This document shows positions 59,998 to 64,000 of a stretch of 64,000 nucleotides of DNA, piece by piece. Position 1 is the first letter of the stretch, and each line of letters begins with the position of its first letter. Source of the stretch: Bulleidia sp. (lineage in GTDB: Bacteria; Bacillota_I; Bacilli_A; Erysipelotrichales; Erysipelotrichaceae); NCBI GenBank assembly GCA_051873755.1, contig JBJEFE010000015.1, positions 57,891-121,890 of the forward strand. Direction: 5' to 3'. Position numbers and translations under genes: made by a program. A model generated the notes under the pieces. That model saw only the letters and a program-made list of their open reading frames with translations, was not told the origin of the DNA and did not search any database.

Positions 59998-60298
59998 ACG
60001 ATAGATACGAAAGCACAATCCCAAGCATGATCAGTGCCGTACCCGTCCACAACAGATTCATGTCGGTCTGCGGCAGTTTCCGCAAAGGATCCTGTTTCGA
60101 ATCCGAAATACCCATCTTTCTTAATGTTCTGCTTTCCGCACTCATCATCCACCCTGGATAGAAGAAACTGAAGGCACAGACACAGAATCCGGATCCGGAC
60201 ACAGTCTGGGCAAATTGGGAAAACGTCCCCTTCATCTGTAATGTCATAACGGCAGACAGGATCATACAGAAAGCCGAAACAATCAGATTCCGTTTCAT
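59996..60298 (-). CDS. small hypothetical membrane protein (100 aa)
   Basis: The ATG at 60298 (MKRNLIVSAFCMILSAV..) follows GGAGGAAG. About three hydrophobic helices. No family recognised. Confidence 0.5.
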   Translation of the reverse strand: MKRNLIVSAFCMILSAVMTLQMKGTFSQFAQTVSGSGFCVCAFSFFYPGWMMSAESRTLRKMGISDSKQDPLRKLPQTDMNLLWTGTALIMLGIVLSYLS

Positions 60299-60375
60299 GC
60301 ACTCTTCCTCCTTTTTTATTATACATGGTTTCGGATGTGACGGATCTGAAGATGTACCATGTTCTGACACATTGA

Positions 60376-60384
60376 TGGTATAAT
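60376..60384 (+). promoter_or_regulatory. Extended -10 (TGgTATAAT) upstream of deoD
   Basis: TG at 60376-60377 and TATAAT at 60379-60384. The AGGAGG RBS is at 60401-60406. Confidence 0.5.
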
Positions 60385-60417
60385 GGATTCACATATGAAC
60401 AGGAGGAATATCATAGT

Positions 60418-61128
60418 ATGTCTACACCGCACAACAGTGCTGAAAAAGGTCAGATTGCAAAATCCGTACTGATGCCGGGCGATCCGCTCCGTGCAAAATT
60501 CATCGCCGAAACATTCCTGGAAAATCCGGTACTCGTCAATAATGTCAGAGGCGTCCAGGGCTACACAGGCACATGGAAAGGAAAGCCGGTTACCGTCATG
60601 GCTTCCGGTATGGGAATGCCTTCCATCGGCATTTATTCCTATGAGCTCTATAAATTCTACGATGTCGACAACATCATCCGCGTCGGTTCTGCCGGTGCAT
60701 ATAAAGAGGAGCTGAATGTATTTGATGTCGTCATCTCTGATTCCGCATATTCGGAATCATCCTATGCAAAGACACTGTGCAATGAAACATCCAATGTCAT
60801 GACACCAAGTGAGGAACTGTCCGCCAAGCTGATCAAAGCCGCACAGAATCTGAACATTCCGACAAGAAGAGGCTGCATTCACTCTTCCGATATCTTCTAC
60901 CATGATGCGGAAGACTATAAGGCAGGCATTGAGGAACACAACTGCATCGCTGTTGAGATGGAAAGCTTCGCTCTGTTTACAAATGCAAAGCTGCTTCATA
61001 AAAATGCCGCATGTATCCTGACAATCTCGGATTCTCTTGTCAAGCCGCAGGACACAACACCTGAGGAAAGAGAAAAGTCCTTTACGGATATGATGAAGAT
61101 CGCTCTGGATGCGGCCATCGCTGAATAA
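60418..61128 (+). CDS. deoD: purine nucleoside phosphorylase, DeoD type
   Basis: 236 aa. MSTPHNSAEKGQIAKSVLMPGDPLRAKFIAE.. and the VEMES motif are typical of hexameric PNP. Confidence 0.9.
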   Translation: MSTPHNSAEKGQIAKSVLMPGDPLRAKFIAETFLENPVLVNNVRGVQGYTGTWKGKPVTVMASGMGMPSIGIYSYELYKFYDVDNIIRVGSAGAYKEELNVFDVVISDSAYSESSYAKTLCNETSNVMTPSEELSAKLIKAAQNLNIPTRRGCIHSSDIFYHDAEDYKAGIEEHNCIAVEMESFALFTNAKLLHKNAACILTISDSLVKPQDTTPEEREKSFTDMMKIALDAAIAE

Positions 61129-61136
61129 ACCAATAC

Positions 61137-61161
61137 AGGACCACAACAGTGGTCCTTTTTC
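61137..61161 (+). terminator. Terminator after deoD
   Basis: AGGACCAC-AACA-GTGGTCCT followed by TTTT. Confidence 0.7.
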
Positions 61162-61163
61162 AA

Positions 61164-61185
61164 AGTAAAAGGAGCCTGCGCTCCT
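61164..61185 (-). terminator. Terminator after the MBL-fold hydrolase gene
   Basis: GGAGC-CTGC-GCTCC. The upstream A-run on the plus strand gives a U-tract on the minus strand. Confidence 0.45.
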
Positions 61186-61191
61186 GTTGTT

Positions 61192-61971
61192 TCAGATTCG
61201 GTCCGGATTGTACAGCATCTGATGAAGCTGTCCGTTTCCGATGGAACGATACTTCAGATATGTACCGCCAAGGTTCATTTCCCCTGTTTCTCCCTGCGGA
61301 CCGTTTTCGCACAGAGATGTACAGATGGAAAGCACATCATCCAGATACTGCATGCCCATTGTGCACATCTGCTGGGAGATATGCCCAGGATAGATGACAA
61401 AGTCATGCATACCGACAAGGGTCTGTCTGAAGTGAAGCAGGTTCTCTACAAAATCATGCATCGGAAGACTTTCCGGCAGCTGCATCCAGAAATCACCGGA
61501 TCCCACGGCATCCCCTGTGAACACTTCGCAGCTGTCCCAGTCAAAAAGGCAGATGGATCCTTCGGTATGTCCCGCACATTCCACAACTTCGATCTTTCTG
61601 TTTCCAAGATCAAAGACATCACCTTCACATACCGGTTTCAGCTGTTCGGTTTCCTGCGTTGTATACAGATTTCTGTTTACAAGAATCCCTCTGTCCTTTT
61701 CATTCATATATACCGGCACATCATGTTCAAGGAACTTCCGTACCGATTTTCCGGCATGGTCAATATGACCGTGGGTAATCACAACCTGTAACGGCAGGGA
61801 TGAAAGAGACGTCACAAGTTCATACAGCATCTCGGTTTCCTCCAGTGCATCCACAAGCAGTGCCTTTTCACTGCCAAGGATCAGCCAGGCATCCACATTC
61901 AGCCCGGATTCACTTCTTTCATTCAGACGGATCAGTCCGTCATTGATTTTCATTGCGGATACGTCAGTCAT
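61192..61971 (-). CDS. MBL-fold metallo-hydrolase
   Basis: 259 aa with the HxHxDH motif ITHGHIDHAG. It overlaps the upstream gene's stop by 4 nt. Confidence 0.8.
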   Translation of the reverse strand: MTDVSAMKINDGLIRLNERSESGLNVDAWLILGSEKALLVDALEETEMLYELVTSLSSLPLQVVITHGHIDHAGKSVRKFLEHDVPVYMNEKDRGILVNRNLYTTQETEQLKPVCEGDVFDLGNRKIEVVECAGHTEGSICLFDWDSCEVFTGDAVGSGDFWMQLPESLPMHDFVENLLHFRQTLVGMHDFVIYPGHISQQMCTMGMQYLDDVLSICTSLCENGPQGETGEMNLGGTYLKYRSIGNGQLHQMLYNPDRI

Positions 61972-62528
61972 TTTAATGCCTCAAATCCTTCCCGGTACAT
62001 TTTGTATACTTCCTTTTTTTCATCTTCACTCAGTTCTGTTTCCTTTGCGTTGTGTCCTTCGATCGTACCCTCGTGATCATATACAACCTTTCCATCTTTG
62101 ATAAAGAACACATGCGGGGTATACAGATGACGGATGCCGTCATTGTCATATTCCAGATGATCACCAAGTTTTTCCACAACAAGATCGTAATCATCGATAT
62201 CCAGGTTGGATGTCCATTCCGGATTCAGACGGGTGTTGATATAACCGATCTCCTGGTTTTCATCCATTGCACAGGCATTGAGAATCGGAACTGCCTCAAG
62301 GCACCATGCACAGGTTTCAAATCCGAAATACACGGTGAATGTTTCTCCCGCATCCATCTTCTGTACCATTTCCTGAACGGTCATGTCATAGAAAACATGT
62401 TCTGTATCTTTCATTGTTTCATATCCGGACAGATCGGACTTCACCTTTTCAGAAGTGGAAGATCCGTTTCCGGAAGCACAGCCCGCCAGAAGTGCGGCTG
62501 TCATTACCATTGCCATGATTCTTTTCAT
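61968..62528 (-). CDS. thioredoxin-fold lipoprotein with CxxC motif
   Basis: The preferred start is the ATG at 62528, giving MKRIMAMVMTAALLAGC|ASG (lipobox). It has the redox motif ETCAWCLE. A buk terminator lies inside the longer track ORF, which argues against the 62666 start. Confidence 0.65.
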   Translation of the reverse strand: MKRIMAMVMTAALLAGCASGNGSSTSEKVKSDLSGYETMKDTEHVFYDMTVQEMVQKMDAGETFTVYFGFETCAWCLEAVPILNACAMDENQEIGYINTRLNPEWTSNLDIDDYDLVVEKLGDHLEYDNDGIRHLYTPHVFFIKDGKVVYDHEGTIEGHNAKETELSEDEKKEVYKMYREGFEALK

Positions 62529-62640
62529 ACAGCACATTGTAAATGTGTTTTCAACATTATGGAAGAAGAATGTTCTGATAACATGGACAAAAACATGCTT
62601 TCCTGTCTGTTTCAGATCATCTTTACGTTTCTGTTCATGC

Positions 62641-62669
62641 AAAAAAACAATGCAGGTAAAATGCATTGT
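62641..62669 (-). terminator. Terminator after buk
   Basis: ACAATGCA (62647-62654) pairs with TGCATTGT (62662-62669). The A7 run at 62641-62647 gives a U-tract on the minus strand. Confidence 0.7.
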
Positions 62670-62677
62670 CTTCAGAT

Positions 62678-63784
62678 TCAGTCCTGAAATCCATCCCAGA
62701 CAGGTTTCCCGGTATATTTCCTCGGCTTTTCCTCACCACGCAGGACGCGCAACGCTGCCTCACACATTGCCTCATGTTCAAATTCACCCGGATATGAAAC
62801 AATCGGGGCAATCCAACCGCAATCCTGTGTGATCGTATCCACGATACCCGGAATACGCAGTAAGCCGCCTGTCAGAAGAATGGCGTCCACCTTTCCCTGT
62901 AATGGTGCACTCATCATGGCAATCCATTTGGAACACTGGTAGATCATTGCCTCCCATACTCTTGTGGCTTCCCTGTCACCTTTTCTGACTCTGTCATAGA
63001 AGATGGAGGAGGAATCCGATGTATTGAACCAGCTGGAGAAACCGCCTCTTTGAGAACAAAGGTCTCTGACTTCCTTCGGATCTTTGTCAAACAGGTAATC
63101 CAGCACATCCGTCACAGCCATGGAACCCATTCTTGTCGGTGTGAACGGGCCTTCCCCGCCGCCGGCATCGTTGGCGTCAATCATGCGTCCGTGATCGTGT
63201 GCGGAAATGGAAATACCTCCGTCGATGTGGGCGATGATCAGATTCAGATCCTCATACTTTTTTCCGATGGATTCCGCATATACTCTTCCGGTTGCCTTGG
63301 CATTGAGCACATGGGCTGTCGCTCTTCTGTATATGCCTTTGACACCGGTGATTCTTGCCTTATCACAGAGTTCATCCACGACCGGCGGATCCACCATCAG
63401 ACACATGCAGTGAAATCTGTCAGCGATGTTCTTTGCCAGCTGAACACCAAGCATGGAGCTGTGATAGAAATGTCCCTTCACTTCTCTTGTATCCCGGATC
63501 AGAAGATCATCCACTTCATATGTACCTGATCTGCATGCATAACACGGTCCGCCTCTGCCAACAACACAATCCAGTCCCGAAAGATCCACGCGGGAATCAT
63601 GCAGGAACTTGCGGATGCCGAACATTCTGTATTCCAGCTGATCGTTGATGCTTTCATATTCCATCAGCCTGGAGGAATCATGAAAGACGGATCTTGATAT
63701 CACACACTTACTGTTTTCAAACAGTGCCACCTTTGTGGAGGTGGAGCCCGGATTTACCACAAATACACGATATGTTTTTTCCAT
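62678..63784 (-). CDS. buk: butyrate kinase (acetate/butyrate kinase family)
   Basis: 368 aa. It has the N-terminus RVFVVNPGSTSTKVALFEN and an ..IAHIDGGISI.. region typical of Buk. Confidence 0.85.
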   Translation of the reverse strand: MEKTYRVFVVNPGSTSTKVALFENSKCVISRSVFHDSSRLMEYESINDQLEYRMFGIRKFLHDSRVDLSGLDCVVGRGGPCYACRSGTYEVDDLLIRDTREVKGHFYHSSMLGVQLAKNIADRFHCMCLMVDPPVVDELCDKARITGVKGIYRRATAHVLNAKATGRVYAESIGKKYEDLNLIIAHIDGGISISAHDHGRMIDANDAGGGEGPFTPTRMGSMAVTDVLDYLFDKDPKEVRDLCSQRGGFSSWFNTSDSSSIFYDRVRKGDREATRVWEAMIYQCSKWIAMMSAPLQGKVDAILLTGGLLRIPGIVDTITQDCGWIAPIVSYPGEFEHEAMCEAALRVLRGEEKPRKYTGKPVWDGFQD

Positions 63785-63827
63785 ACAGTTCTTTCCCTTT
63801 TTTCAAGTCACTATTGTATACCTGTTT

Positions 63828-64000
63828 TCACAGTCTGTGCAGAAGATTCAGATTGATGGATGCGATTCCTTTGCGCATCTGTTCCACTTCCTTCTCACTC
63901 ATACCGTCATACATGGCATCTTCCAGATCTTCGAAAATCGTTCGGATATCATGTATGACAGGATGATTCTCATCCCGGATTCTGATGCAAAGCTTTTTCT
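63828..64000 (-). CDS. MarR-like transcriptional regulator, C-terminal fragment (gene starts beyond window end)
   Basis: My own translation of the minus strand gives ..KKLCIRIRDENHPVIHDIRTIFEDLEDAMYDGMSEKEVEQMRKGIASINLNLLHRL*. The pattern resembles a MarR C-terminal dimerisation helix. The assignment is tentative. Confidence 0.4.
   Translation of the reverse strand, partial: KKLCIRIRDENHPVIHDIRTIFEDLEDAMYDGMSEKEVEQMRKGIASINLNLLHRL

Overview
The window looks like an ordinary chromosomal segment of a moderate-GC Firmicutes/Bacillota-type genome. That assignment is an inference from gene content, GGAGG-type ribosome-binding sites and rho-independent terminators. It is densely coded, and I call 67 protein genes (two truncated at the window edges) and one tRNA-Arg(CCG). 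Most genes are housekeeping or nutrient uptake:
- Carbohydrate and transport: two paralogous GH1 6-phospho-beta-glucosidases, a GH32 sucrose-6-P hydrolase with galM, a BMP-family nucleoside/sugar ABC transporter, and a complete oppABCDF peptide transporter.
- Nucleotide metabolism: xpt, deoD and dut.
- Cell envelope: a RodA/FtsW-bPBP pair, ddl and cls.
- RNA modification and processing: RlmI-like, RlmCD-like and RluA-family enzymes, and RNase Z.
- Other: a TldD/PmbA pair, a Y-family polymerase with a YolD-like partner, a CBS-type family II pyrophosphatase, map and buk.

I found no CRISPR array, IS element, prophage or recognisable defence system. The most unusual locus is at 39.3-40.7 kb. An orphan tyrosine recombinase gene and a tiny ribbon-helix-helix (RHH) gene are separated by a 276-bp AT-rich non-coding segment. 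That segment is bracketed by exact 18-bp inverted repeats with a recombinase-core-site architecture. It could be an invertible (phase-variable) switch, or alternatively a set of RHH operators.

Lower-interest observations:
- Very long antisense ORFs across the window, all in the codon-aligned frame. This implies strong avoidance of TTA/CTA/TCA codons.
- Repeat-rich candidate operator regions upstream of oppA and galM.
- Several tightly coupled operons that mix known genes with genes of unknown function.
- A duplicated GSKGSK-coding repeat in ddl.

All functional calls come from reading the translated ORFs against remembered family motifs. No database search was run.
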